From Candidatus Falkowbacteria bacterium (GTDB taxonomy: Bacteria; Patescibacteriota; Patescibacteriia; Patescibacteriales; UBA12465), in the NCBI GenBank assembly GCA_016432645.1, contig CP066698.1, positions 261,062 to 325,061 of the forward strand: DNA of 64,000 nt, given 5' to 3'. Positions 47,344-56,519 of this stretch are shown one piece after another. The position numbers and the translations under genes are program-made. Numbering within the stretch: the first letter of the stretch is position 1; each line of letters opens with the position of its first letter. Below the pieces are notes generated by a model. That model ran no database searches. It was given only the letters and a program-made list of their open reading frames with translations, and was not told the DNA's origin.

Positions 47344-47358
47344 CTTTTTTTAACGCCC

Positions 47359-48153
47359 TTAAAGAGCGTAGCGAACAAACTTGGTCACGGTAGCACCGCC
47401 CAAGATGTCCTTAACTTTTTTCTTATCGTCCTTAATGAATTCTTGCTCCATTAAGCAGACTTCGGAATAATATTTGCCCATTTTACCCATGACAATTTTT
47501 TCAACCATTTCTGCTGGCTTGCCTTCTTTAAGTAATTGTTCTTTATAGATATCTTTTTCTTTATCCATTTCTTCCTGACTGACTTCAGCTGGAACTAAAT
47601 ATTTAGGATTAGCCGCAGCTACTTGCATCGCGACATCAATCGCGATTTCTCCCTTTCCTGCTTGGTCAATAACTACTAAAACACCCATGCGGCCGCCTAA
47701 ATGAGAATAAGCGGCGACAGTTGGACCGTTAACGATTTCAAAGCGTTTAATGGCCATTTTCTCGCCGACGGTGCCGCTTAAAGCGTCTAAAGATTCCGAA
47801 ACAGTTGCCCCTGCAAAAGGAGAGCCTAAAAGAGCCTCTAAAGAAGCGGGTTTGGTAGTCTTAATAATTTCCAAAACTTGTTCGGCAAAAGCTTGAAATT
47901 TTTCATTACGAGAAACAAAATCAGTCTCGGAATTCATTTCCACAATATAACCTTCGGTATTATCGGAATTAACAGCAACTTTAACTACACCTTCGTTGGC
48001 TTCACGGTCAGTGCGCTTAGCAGCCTTAGAGATGCCTTTTTTACGCAAAATTTCTACCGCTTTTTCCAAGTCATTATCTGCTTCTTTCAAAGCCTTTTGG
48101 CAGTCAACCATACCGGCGCCAGTCATGTCTCTTAATTTTTTAATTAACTCCAT
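47359..48153 (-). CDS. tsf: Translation elongation factor Ts
   Basis: Start set at MELIKKLRDMTGAGMVDCQKAL (UBA-like N-terminus). Confidence 0.93.
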   Translation of the reverse strand: MELIKKLRDMTGAGMVDCQKALKEADNDLEKAVEILRKKGISKAAKRTDREANEGVVKVAVNSDNTEGYIVEMNSETDFVSRNEKFQAFAEQVLEIIKTTKPASLEALLGSPFAGATVSESLDALSGTVGEKMAIKRFEIVNGPTVAAYSHLGGRMGVLVVIDQAGKGEIAIDVAMQVAAANPKYLVPAEVSQEEMDKEKDIYKEQLLKEGKPAEMVEKIVMGKMGKYYSEVCLMEQEFIKDDKKKVKDILGGATVTKFVRYAL

Positions 48154-48212
48154 ATTGATAGAAAGGCTTATCGCAATCAAAGAGATGTGCTAATCAAGCC
48201 TAAAATTATTTT

Positions 48213-48899
48213 TTATTTTTGCTTAACGGCAGACAAGGAATCCTTGATGGCTGCCAAAACTAGAGCAATAGTTTTAGTGGCGTCGTCATTTCCCGGAATC
48301 GGATAATTTACTTCTTCCGGATTAACATTAGTATCGCAAATAGCAATAATCGGAATATTTTTTTGTTGGGCCTCTAAAACGGCAGTTTCCTCTTCCTTGA
48401 TATCCCAGACAAACAAAGCATCCGGAAGCTTATTTAAAGCGGTTAAACCGCCAACGCGAATTTTTAATTTTTCAATTTCACGATCAAATTCCAATCTTTC
48501 TTTCTTGGTGTATTTTTCTAATTTGCCGGATTCTTTCTTTTCAATTAAATCTAAATATTTTTTAACGGATTTTTTAACTACCGGGAAATTGGTTAAATAA
48601 CCGCCCAACCATTTACCAACAATATAAGGCTGATTGATTTCAGTAGCCATTTTCTGTAAAGGGCCGGCAACTTGATTCTTGGTGCCGACAAATAAAATGC
48701 TTTTACCCTCAGCTACCAATTTTTCCATAAAATCCAAAGCTTCTCCTAATTTTTCCTGGCTCTTCTTCAAATTAATGATGTAGATGCCGTTTTTAGAAGT
48801 GTAGATGAATTGCTTCATCTTCGGGTGCCATCTGTTAGTACGATGGCCGAAGTGCATGCCCGCTTTAAGCATGTCTTCGATTTTTGGTGTCTTTGACAT
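48213..48899 (-). CDS. rpsB: 30S ribosomal protein S2
   Basis: MLKAGMHFGH..RWHPKM, GTKNQ, and a canonical rpsB-tsf pair. Confidence 0.95.
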   Translation of the reverse strand: MSKTPKIEDMLKAGMHFGHRTNRWHPKMKQFIYTSKNGIYIINLKKSQEKLGEALDFMEKLVAEGKSILFVGTKNQVAGPLQKMATEINQPYIVGKWLGGYLTNFPVVKKSVKKYLDLIEKKESGKLEKYTKKERLEFDREIEKLKIRVGGLTALNKLPDALFVWDIKEEETAVLEAQQKNIPIIAICDTNVNPEEVNYPIPGNDDATKTIALVLAAIKDSLSAVKQK

Positions 48900-49025
48900 A
48901 TTTTTTCTTTGTTACGTCCGCCTCCTCGCCTCAAAATATGAGGAAGAAAAAATGGCCCGAAAGCCATAGAGGCGTGATGATTAATAAATAAAGATTCCTC
49001 CTCAAAAATGAGGAGGCTCTCTGAG
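48900..49025 (-). promoter_or_regulatory. Structured ~125-nt rpsB leader with three hairpins, including an internal intrinsic terminator
   Basis: Minus strand: CCUCCUCA-UUUU-UGAGGAGG (48997-49016); AUGGCU-UUCG-GGCCAU + U6 (48946-48967); CCUCA-UAUUU-UGAGG followed by CGAGGAGGCGG. An alternative CGCCUC/GAGGCG pairing is possible. Confidence 0.45.
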
Positions 49026-49031
49026 TACTAA

Positions 49032-49058
49032 ATTATACTAATTTTGCTAAACTGTCAA
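49032..49058 (-). promoter_or_regulatory. Promoter TTGACA-N15-TATAAT upstream of rpsB
   Basis: Both hexamers are perfect consensus, with a short 15-nt spacer. Begins 3 nt after the upstream stop codon. Confidence 0.55.
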
Positions 49059-49060
49059 GA

Positions 49061-49960
49061 TTAAAGGTTTTTTTCAAACTTATATTGCGGTTTTTTGTCA
49101 AGATGCCAATATTGCTTCCAATTACAATCCCCTAGCGAACAATCAAAAATTTTAGTTCCGCTATTAATAGCTAGCTCCATATTAACTTTGGTCAAATATT
49201 TAAAAGCATCTTTTACCTCACTGATATCAGAGCCGACGATTAAATAATAATAGATTTGGTTATAAATTACCGACAGCGAATAGGCCAATTTCTGGCCGTC
49301 AACTTCCAGAGCCAGCATCTTCCAGTCCAGAGGCAATTTTAGAAGATCAAAAAATGCTTGGCGCTCGCTTTTAGTATTAAGATAGGATTCGCTGCCAAAA
49401 TTTTTAACATTTAAATCCATGAGTGCTTCCAGCCCGCTAAAATCATCAGCAATAACTCTTAAGCGATGCTCTTTTTCCAGAATCGTAAATAATCTTTTAA
49501 AATTATAACGTTTGCGGCCATTGGGAAAAGCCTGTAGGAGATAGTCGTCGAAATTTTTAAACTTAGAGATGTCAGTATAATAAACATAATCCTCCAGCGG
49601 CAGTGCGCGGATAAACTCATCATCGCTGTCCAAATCAAAAATCTGCGCCGCTTGAGGAAAATCTATTTTAAATAAATCCGGCAATAAATATTCATAGCCG
49701 CGCTTAAAAAAAGGATGGTTTCCTTCAATAAACGATTCGGCTAAAAATTCCAAATAATTCCCTTTAACGCTGTATTGCAGGGGCAATAGAGCAACCGGCT
49801 CTTCCCCGTCATAGGCAACATAAAAATAAAGGGGCGCCGGCGCATTTTTATAAAAACAATAACGCACATCCCAGCGGTCGTAGAGCGTTTCGTTGGGGCT
49901 TAATTTATTCCAAAGTTCTTCAGCTTTTTCCAAATCTTGAATTAATTTAATTTCAATCAT
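49061..49960 (-). CDS. CelD/BioF2-like (FemAB-fold, GNAT-related) acyltransferase, putative
   Basis: Size and C-terminal pattern (...YYLIVGSD...K.LT...ELAI..G.K.FD...G...WK..W) resemble the PF13480-type family as I recall it. Assignment is tentative. Confidence 0.45.
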   Translation of the reverse strand: MIEIKLIQDLEKAEELWNKLSPNETLYDRWDVRYCFYKNAPAPLYFYVAYDGEEPVALLPLQYSVKGNYLEFLAESFIEGNHPFFKRGYEYLLPDLFKIDFPQAAQIFDLDSDDEFIRALPLEDYVYYTDISKFKNFDDYLLQAFPNGRKRYNFKRLFTILEKEHRLRVIADDFSGLEALMDLNVKNFGSESYLNTKSERQAFFDLLKLPLDWKMLALEVDGQKLAYSLSVIYNQIYYYLIVGSDISEVKDAFKYLTKVNMELAINSGTKIFDCSLGDCNWKQYWHLDKKPQYKFEKNL

Positions 49961-49962
49961 AG

Positions 49963-52431
49963 CTAAAGGATATTCGGCTGTAAGTGATAATAAGGCGGGT
50001 TATCTTTATAGCGCTTAATGGCGAGGCGGATAATCTCTTCTAAGAAGTCGGCATAATCCAAGCCGATAACCTCGGCGGAAGCGGAAAAAACACCATCTTG
50101 ATTAAGCGAAGGATTAGGATTGAGTTCTAAGACATAAGGATTATTATTTTTATCAACCCGAATTTCCACGCGGCCATAATCATGGCAATCTAAAATCCGA
50201 TAAGTATCCAGGGCAATTTCGCCCAAGAGCGCCTCTAATTTTTTACTGATATTTTTTGGCGGCCGCTGCCTGATAATGCGGTCATAAATCGACTCATCGC
50301 TATATTTGGCCTCAAACGGATAAATATGCCATTTATCGGCCGGCAATGCGTCAAAAATAGAGCGCGTCAGCGGCAAAACACGCAAGTCGTCATCGTCCCA
50401 ACCAATAACCGGCACATCATATTCGTCGCCATCAATATATTCCTCAATGAGAGCCGGCCGGCCGATTTCTTTAATAACTTTCTCTAATTGAACGCGTAAT
50501 TCTTTTTCGTTTCTAACAACCGAGTCATTGGTAATCCCAATAGAGTTATCGGTATTAGCTGGCTTAACAATCAGGGGGTAGCGCAAATCCTCTCGGACAT
50601 CATCGTCCAGCGAATAAACATAGTCCCATTCCGGAGTCGGAATCTTATGATAATTTAAAAGTTTTTTAACGCGGATTTTATCAATACATAAACCCAGCGT
50701 AAAGGGATTGGAGCCGGTATACGGAATTTGCAAAACATCAAAAATAGAAGCGACATGCGGTTCCAATAGACTAGAATTATTAATGCGCTCGCAGACATTA
50801 AACACTAAATCAACATCGCTATTTTTAAGCTCATTAAAAACTTTTGGCAAATCATTAAAATCAAAAAAACTAACTTTATAGCCACGGCTTTTAAGGGCGG
50901 TCTCTATTTCTTTACCAATGACTGTTAAATCGTTTTCCACTAAGCTTTCCTGATCTTGGGAATTTTCATCATAAAGATTACAAGCCACGCCGATATGTAG
51001 ATTACGTTGGTTAGCAACCGCCATGCGCCTAATTTTTTCAATTTTGGAGCCGCGCTTTAAGACTTCTCGATTAAGCATGGAGATAGAAAACGGATTTTTT
51101 CTAGCGCTTTTACCGATAGATGAGGCGGGGTGGAATTTGGCGACTTCATAGCTGACCGACTTAATCGCGGCTCGAAGATTATCTTGGGCATCAAGCGGAT
51201 TTTGTCCGGAAACTAAAATCCAGCCTAAATATTCATAACCGTAAGGCGGCGCCATCACTGAATCGCCAATTTTTTTCTCGAACTGAAATTCTTCCACAAA
51301 TGGCATCTTTTTCAATTGGTCATCAATCTCTAAATTTACTAAAATGCCGGAATGATCAGAAGAAAAAGTTTCCGCGACTAAATACTGATAGGGGCCGGCC
51401 GGAAAATCAAACTTGGGAATATACAGCCCGCAAACTATTTTTAAATAATTTTCAATTAAATCAACCCGCCAAGCCGCCTTAACACTGGCATACACTTCAT
51501 CGCCTCCCAGACGCAAATTAATTTCCAAAGGCATCGGCCCTTGCGGCGTTGATTTAGCTTCAAAATGAATACAACCATTAAGAATTCCGAGTTTTTCTAA
51601 AGTTTCATCGGCCATGCTTAAAAGCTGGGCTTGATTTTTATTAGGTAAATTGGAAGGCGTCATTCTGGTCGTTTCGATAAAAAATGGCTCCTTAGTCTGG
51701 CCATTATCGGAGATCGCGCAAAATTTTATTTTACCGTTCTGCACCAAAATATCTAAATCAACTTCATCACCATCGATATATTCTTCCACAAAAACCGCCA
51801 AGCCATCAGTTAGGGCCGATTCAATTTTCGGTGACATTTCCTTTTTAATATACTCATAGCTCTCTCTCAGTTCCTCCTCATCATTAACGCGCATCACAAA
51901 AGCGCTGCCCGCGCCGTAAGCCGGCTTAACAACCAGCGGGAAAGAAAAATTATTAATAACATCTTCCAAATCGCGCGCGCTCTTTAATTCTTTAAATTTA
52001 ATTACCGGCAGGTTATTATGTGAGCAAAAATCCCTAAATAAGAATTTATTCCGAACACGGTTAGCAACTTTAAATGGTGTTCCGGCCAGATGATAGCGGT
52101 CCACTATTTTAGAAACCAGCAAGACGTCATCTTCTAAAAAAGTGGCGACGCCATCCAATTTAAGACTAGGATTTTCTTGCAAAAAAGACTCCAAAGCCGC
52201 TAAAGATTCGGCGTAATTGGAAGTATTAGCACTGATACAATAATCAGCATAGGGCTGAAAGCTAGAAGCTTCGGCGCTCAAAATAATTATTTTTATACCT
52301 AGGCTTTTAGCCTTGCGAACAAAAAGTTTTTTAGAATGGAGCGGATCGTTGGCAGAATTGCTATTTACTATCAAAATTGTTTTAGCAACTAACGAAGATT
52401 TGACTTGATCAGGATTATCGTTACCGTTCAT
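49963..52431 (-). CDS. Fusion protein with two ATP-grasp ligase modules (carboxylate-amine ligase-like + D-Ala-D-Ala-ligase-like)
   Basis: Module 1: FPLVVKPAYGAGSAFV..., VEEYIDGDEVDLDIL, HFEAK...EINLRLGG. Module 2: YPLIVKPANTDNSIGI, IEEYIDGDEYDV, VLELNPNPSL. Confidence 0.75.
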   Translation of the reverse strand: MNGNDNPDQVKSSLVAKTILIVNSNSANDPLHSKKLFVRKAKSLGIKIIILSAEASSFQPYADYCISANTSNYAESLAALESFLQENPSLKLDGVATFLEDDVLLVSKIVDRYHLAGTPFKVANRVRNKFLFRDFCSHNNLPVIKFKELKSARDLEDVINNFSFPLVVKPAYGAGSAFVMRVNDEEELRESYEYIKKEMSPKIESALTDGLAVFVEEYIDGDEVDLDILVQNGKIKFCAISDNGQTKEPFFIETTRMTPSNLPNKNQAQLLSMADETLEKLGILNGCIHFEAKSTPQGPMPLEINLRLGGDEVYASVKAAWRVDLIENYLKIVCGLYIPKFDFPAGPYQYLVAETFSSDHSGILVNLEIDDQLKKMPFVEEFQFEKKIGDSVMAPPYGYEYLGWILVSGQNPLDAQDNLRAAIKSVSYEVAKFHPASSIGKSARKNPFSISMLNREVLKRGSKIEKIRRMAVANQRNLHIGVACNLYDENSQDQESLVENDLTVIGKEIETALKSRGYKVSFFDFNDLPKVFNELKNSDVDLVFNVCERINNSSLLEPHVASIFDVLQIPYTGSNPFTLGLCIDKIRVKKLLNYHKIPTPEWDYVYSLDDDVREDLRYPLIVKPANTDNSIGITNDSVVRNEKELRVQLEKVIKEIGRPALIEEYIDGDEYDVPVIGWDDDDLRVLPLTRSIFDALPADKWHIYPFEAKYSDESIYDRIIRQRPPKNISKKLEALLGEIALDTYRILDCHDYGRVEIRVDKNNNPYVLELNPNPSLNQDGVFSASAEVIGLDYADFLEEIIRLAIKRYKDNPPYYHLQPNIL

Positions 52432-52436
52432 ATTGA

Positions 52437-53243
52437 TTACTTAAGATTATAACTGACGCCGACCTCCACAATTACTTCATGGCTGCCGGAGCCAATTTGA
52501 GGGCTGACAGCTGCCCCGCCCTTTCCTCCTTGGTCATATGAATAAGGATAAGCGGTATTATACGGAGATGGCTGGATAACATTTTCCCACCAGCTAAAAA
52601 TATCTTTAAGCTCGACACCGGCCGCGGCCGCCAAAGCTACGCTTTTATCTTTAGCATCTTTAATAGCAGCAATTCTAGCTTGTTGCTTTAAATCATTGAT
52701 GTTAGACGAATCAAAGCTTAACCCCGCGACTTGATTAGCGCCGGCCTTAGAGGCGGCAGCAATCACTTTATTAAGCCGAGCAGGGTCTTGATCGTAAGCG
52801 CTAATCTTCACCACTAACTGTTGATTGGCATTATAACCATTAACCGTGGAAACATTGTCCACATAATCATATTGAGGATTTAAATAGTAATTTTGAGTTT
52901 GAATATCGCTATCAGTCACGCCCAAAGCTTTGACTGCTTTAGTAATACTCTCCATTTTAGAGTTTAATTGGTTTAAAGCGTCTTCAGCGGTTTTAGCTTT
53001 ATCAATCTGCATTCCCAAAGTAACAATGGCTAAATTTGGCGTATAAGCCACTCTTCCCTGGCCATTAACGGTAACTTGCTGCATTGTCGGATTTACAATT
53101 CTGTCGCGCAAAATTGAAATCACGACCACTCCCGCTAAAAGCAGTAACCCAACTAACATCAGAACGAACTTTGGCTCGCGCCAAGAGGCTGTTTTTAAAT
53201 TGTTTTCAAACATATGTTTATAAATAAAGGCCAAATTAGGCAC
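52437..53243 (-). CDS. SIMPL/DUF541 domain protein with N-terminal TM anchor
   Basis: VNGQGRVAYTPNLAIVTLGMQ...TAEDALNQ...L..LGV...DIQTQNYYLNPQYDY fits the SIMPL family pattern. The start may be the internal MFENN. Confidence 0.72.
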   Translation of the reverse strand: MPNLAFIYKHMFENNLKTASWREPKFVLMLVGLLLLAGVVVISILRDRIVNPTMQQVTVNGQGRVAYTPNLAIVTLGMQIDKAKTAEDALNQLNSKMESITKAVKALGVTDSDIQTQNYYLNPQYDYVDNVSTVNGYNANQQLVVKISAYDQDPARLNKVIAAASKAGANQVAGLSFDSSNINDLKQQARIAAIKDAKDKSVALAAAAGVELKDIFSWWENVIQPSPYNTAYPYSYDQGGKGGAAVSPQIGSGSHEVIVEVGVSYNLK

Positions 53244-53309
53244 TAAAATTATAGCACAAGCGGAAAAAACAACAATAACAACTAACGCCAGTACTTTAGC
53301 TCAAAAATA

Positions 53310-54041
53310 CTAGGTTCTAGCCAAATAAGCTCGCCGCTTAGATTCTGCCAAACGTTCAATAGCATAGCGTAAAGCCGTGCGTGGCATCTTCTTCAAATTA
53401 GCATCTAAAAATTTCAACAGCTCCGGCTCGCTGACTCTTTTTCCGGCTTCTCTAAGCATCCAGCCGACGGCTTTATGGATTAAATCATGCTGATCGCTTA
53501 AAAGCTTAGCAGCAATCACAAAAGTTTCCCGCGTTTGCCCCCGGTAAATAAAATAAAAAGTGGAGATGATGGCGATGCGCCTTTCCCATAAATTATGGGA
53601 AGCGGCTAAATTTTCCAAAAATTTTAAAGACGATTTATTCTTACCCTGATAATAATTAAACAAATAGTCGCCAACGATTTTGGGAGCGCTTAAATCAACT
53701 AAGTCCCAGTTATTAATTGCTAGAAAATTATCAACGTAAAAATAAAAAATTTCTTGCTTCAATTCCCGGCTATCAGCCGCTTCATATTTTTTTATGAGAA
53801 TTAAGAGCCCGACTAAACGATATTCATGGATTTTACTTTTTAAAAGCCGCGCGACGGCGCTCAAGGGCACGCTTTGATATTTCTTGGCCACCAACCTCTG
53901 AACCGGAACCTTGATTCCCAAAAAAACATCGCCCGCGCCATATTCCCCGGGGCCAGTCTTAAAAAAACGCTGCAAAATTACCGCCTGCTTGTTATCCGCC
54001 AAACTATCGAGACTTTGAGCAATATCTTTAAAATTAGGCAT
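53310..54041 (-). CDS. DNA alkylation repair protein (AlkD-like HEAT-repeat glycosylase family)
   Basis: FFKTGPGEYGAGDVFLGIKVP, WDLVD, WERR, and a KAVGWMLRE-type repeat pattern. Confidence 0.8.
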   Translation of the reverse strand: MPNFKDIAQSLDSLADNKQAVILQRFFKTGPGEYGAGDVFLGIKVPVQRLVAKKYQSVPLSAVARLLKSKIHEYRLVGLLILIKKYEAADSRELKQEIFYFYVDNFLAINNWDLVDLSAPKIVGDYLFNYYQGKNKSSLKFLENLAASHNLWERRIAIISTFYFIYRGQTRETFVIAAKLLSDQHDLIHKAVGWMLREAGKRVSEPELLKFLDANLKKMPRTALRYAIERLAESKRRAYLART

Positions 54042-54043
54042 AA

Positions 54044-54505
54044 TTAGTAATGATAGGCTTTTTGATTATCAATGGCGGCCGCCCGGTATAACTGTTCCAA
54101 TAATATTACGCGCGCTAATTCATGCGGAAAAGTGAGTTTAGATAATGATATTTTTTTATAAGCTTTAAAAATTTCCGGGCTATATCCCAGGGTTCCGCCG
54201 ATAACCAAAACTAAAGGCGTGGTCAGGCTAGTTATTTTTTTAGAAAATTCTATGGAGTCAAATTCTTCTCCCTTTTCTGCCAATAAAAAAACATTTCCGG
54301 ATTTATAGGCTTGCAAATGATTTTGCAAACGCTCCCCTTCTATTCTTTTGGCCGCCTCTTGCCCAGATTTAGAAAACGATTCCGCTTTTAATTCTTCAAT
54401 TTTTATACGGGCATAGGGCTGCAGTCTTTTTAAATATTCCTGCTCTAAAGCTCGTAAATTTTCTTGCTTAATCTTGCCATAGGCGACGATTATAATATCC
54501 ATCAT
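54044..54505 (-). CDS. rlmH: 23S rRNA (pseudouridine1915-N3)-methyltransferase RlmH
   Basis: SPOUT fold, LVIGGTLGYS...LSKLTFPHELARVILLEQLYRA. Confidence 0.9.
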   Translation of the reverse strand: MMDIIIVAYGKIKQENLRALEQEYLKRLQPYARIKIEELKAESFSKSGQEAAKRIEGERLQNHLQAYKSGNVFLLAEKGEEFDSIEFSKKITSLTTPLVLVIGGTLGYSPEIFKAYKKISLSKLTFPHELARVILLEQLYRAAAIDNQKAYHY

Positions 54506-54508
54506 AAT

Positions 54509-55846
54509 CTATTGTTGATAAAATTCTGTTAATAGGCGGTTGAAAGTATTAACTTTTTCATTATAAATAATAATACTATTATAATCATTTTCCGCGGCTG
54601 AGCGGCTGCTGACAATATCGTTATATAAAGAACTGAGATCGGCTACTTTCTGGCGAGTCGCCGCGACTCCTTGATAAAGATTCCCCTGACTCTTAAGAAT
54701 AATTTGTATCGTGCCTAATTTCTGTTCATCAAATAAAGTATCAAAGCCATAATCGCCGGAACGAGCTTGTCCGCTGATGCTATTGGGAATAACGCCGATA
54801 GGAAAATAATTAGTAGTTTCCGCATAACAATAACCAGAACCGGAAACCGAATAAGCTACCGGGCAAGCGATGCCAACCGTGCTATGGTTAATGTCCGGAA
54901 AATCCATAATCGCCGTGCCATAACCTAAATTTTTTATTAAGGCAACCGCTAAAAAAGTCTTATCCGAACAAACACCTTTATTTAAATAAAGAATTTCGTA
55001 AGGATAAAGGGGATTATTAACTCCCGAATCAGCCTTAACTTGATCATATGGTATGTATTGGATAAGCGCCAAAGCGCTTTCCAACAACTCATCGCTGGAC
55101 CAGTTATTTTTTAAGGCTAAAGCTTTAAGCTGATAAGCGATATCCGAAATAGAGGTATCGCCGCTTTTCATTTTTAAAAACATTCCATAAAAAGCACCTT
55201 GCAAATCAGCTGGCGGATTATTAGCCGGATAGCTATAAACTTTAGGCGAGGCGCTATAAGTTTTATATAAATCGTCCGACAAGGCGAGCACCAATGATTG
55301 CTCGGCATTTTTATATTTAAAGTTAAAAGTCCGATTAACATTTTTAGTGATGCTGGGCGCCGGAACAGCCGTCGTCGTGGACGGACTAGCGCCTAAAATC
55401 CCCAACGGTATGCGCGCTAAGTCGGAATTACTAATTCCTAAGCCAAAGCTTCTGATAACCGCAAAAGCATCAGTCGGACGCCCCAAATAACTTAGTTTTA
55501 AGGTGAGCGGATTTACATAATAAGCCTGCCCCTTATCTTCCACTTGGAGTAAAATTCTTCCCGACAGGCGCACCGGAGCCTTGTTATTCCAAAAATAAGT
55601 TAAATCTTTATTAGAAACGCCTAAACCGAAAGCGCGCATCACACGCCAGGCGTCATCCGGACGCCCTAAATAAAAACGTTTAGCGCTTTGCGGGTCGACA
55701 TACCAAGCTTGCCCCTTGTCCTGCACCTGTAATAAAATACGTCCATTTAAACTAGCGGCGGCTGCAGCGCTGCCGACCGAAAAACTGGCAGCTATTAATA
55801 ATGCCCCCAGAAACAATAACCATGATTGTGGCCTACTTCTCTTCAT
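54509..55846 (-). CDS. Secreted protein: tandem ~50-aa repeats plus a transglutaminase-like cysteine-protease core
   Basis: Signal peptide. Repeats LNGRILLQVQDKGQAWYVDP... and LSGRILLQVEDKGQAYYVNP.... C-terminal GVCSDKTFLAVALIKNLGY...H... resembles a transglutaminase-like core. Confidence 0.55.
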   Translation of the reverse strand: MKRSRPQSWLLFLGALLIAASFSVGSAAAAASLNGRILLQVQDKGQAWYVDPQSAKRFYLGRPDDAWRVMRAFGLGVSNKDLTYFWNNKAPVRLSGRILLQVEDKGQAYYVNPLTLKLSYLGRPTDAFAVIRSFGLGISNSDLARIPLGILGASPSTTTAVPAPSITKNVNRTFNFKYKNAEQSLVLALSDDLYKTYSASPKVYSYPANNPPADLQGAFYGMFLKMKSGDTSISDIAYQLKALALKNNWSSDELLESALALIQYIPYDQVKADSGVNNPLYPYEILYLNKGVCSDKTFLAVALIKNLGYGTAIMDFPDINHSTVGIACPVAYSVSGSGYCYAETTNYFPIGVIPNSISGQARSGDYGFDTLFDEQKLGTIQIILKSQGNLYQGVAATRQKVADLSSLYNDIVSSRSAAENDYNSIIIYNEKVNTFNRLLTEFYQQ

Positions 55847-56516
55847 GATCGATTAAAGTTATAAAAACATCTTTGTCGGGCGGCGACGGCAGATGATGAA
55901 CATCATTAATATAAATTATTTTTATATAACCGTCGCGGTCAACCATAATTTTACTGATTGATGACTGGAATATTTCCAAAGATAAAAATCCGATAATGTC
56001 AGCGTTCAAAATCCCAGTCAAAACCGATTTAATAAAATTACCGTGGCAGAAAACGGCAATTTTCTTACCCTTATACTGCCGAAAAATATCCGCCATTGCT
56101 CTCCGGGCGGCGGTTTGCATTTTATCCAACTCGGCGTCTAAAACCTTATGACGTTTTAAGCGCTTTTCACGCTCTTTTTCCGTCATATTAAAATATTTTA
56201 TTCTATACCAATCCTCCCAATTAAATTCATTAAGACGCGAATTGATAAGTAAATCCTTTTTAGCCTTTTTAGCAAAATCGGCGGCAGTTTCTTGAGCTCT
56301 GGTTAATTCGCTAGCGCAGACAACATCGATATTGGCGTGCAATAGGCGCGCCGTCAGATATTTGCGCTGTTTTAAGCCATCTGGAGAAAGCGGCAATTTC
56401 TTATCGCCCAATTTCTTTTCTAATTTATAATTAGGATGGCAATGGCGGATTAATAAAATTTCAGTATACGGCCGCTTGGTTTTTGGCTGTATTTTAACGT
56501 AAGGATTTTTATACAT
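55833..56516 (-). CDS. Histidine phosphatase superfamily protein (phosphoglycerate-mutase-like)
   Basis: LLIRHCHPNY (an RHG-type motif with Cys), SELTRAQET, and FCHGNFI with a second catalytic His. Confidence 0.72.
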   Translation of the reverse strand: MYKNPYVKIQPKTKRPYTEILLIRHCHPNYKLEKKLGDKKLPLSPDGLKQRKYLTARLLHANIDVVCASELTRAQETAADFAKKAKKDLLINSRLNEFNWEDWYRIKYFNMTEKEREKRLKRHKVLDAELDKMQTAARRAMADIFRQYKGKKIAVFCHGNFIKSVLTGILNADIIGFLSLEIFQSSISKIMVDRDGYIKIIYINDVHHLPSPPDKDVFITLIDHEEK

Positions 56517-56519
56517 AGA

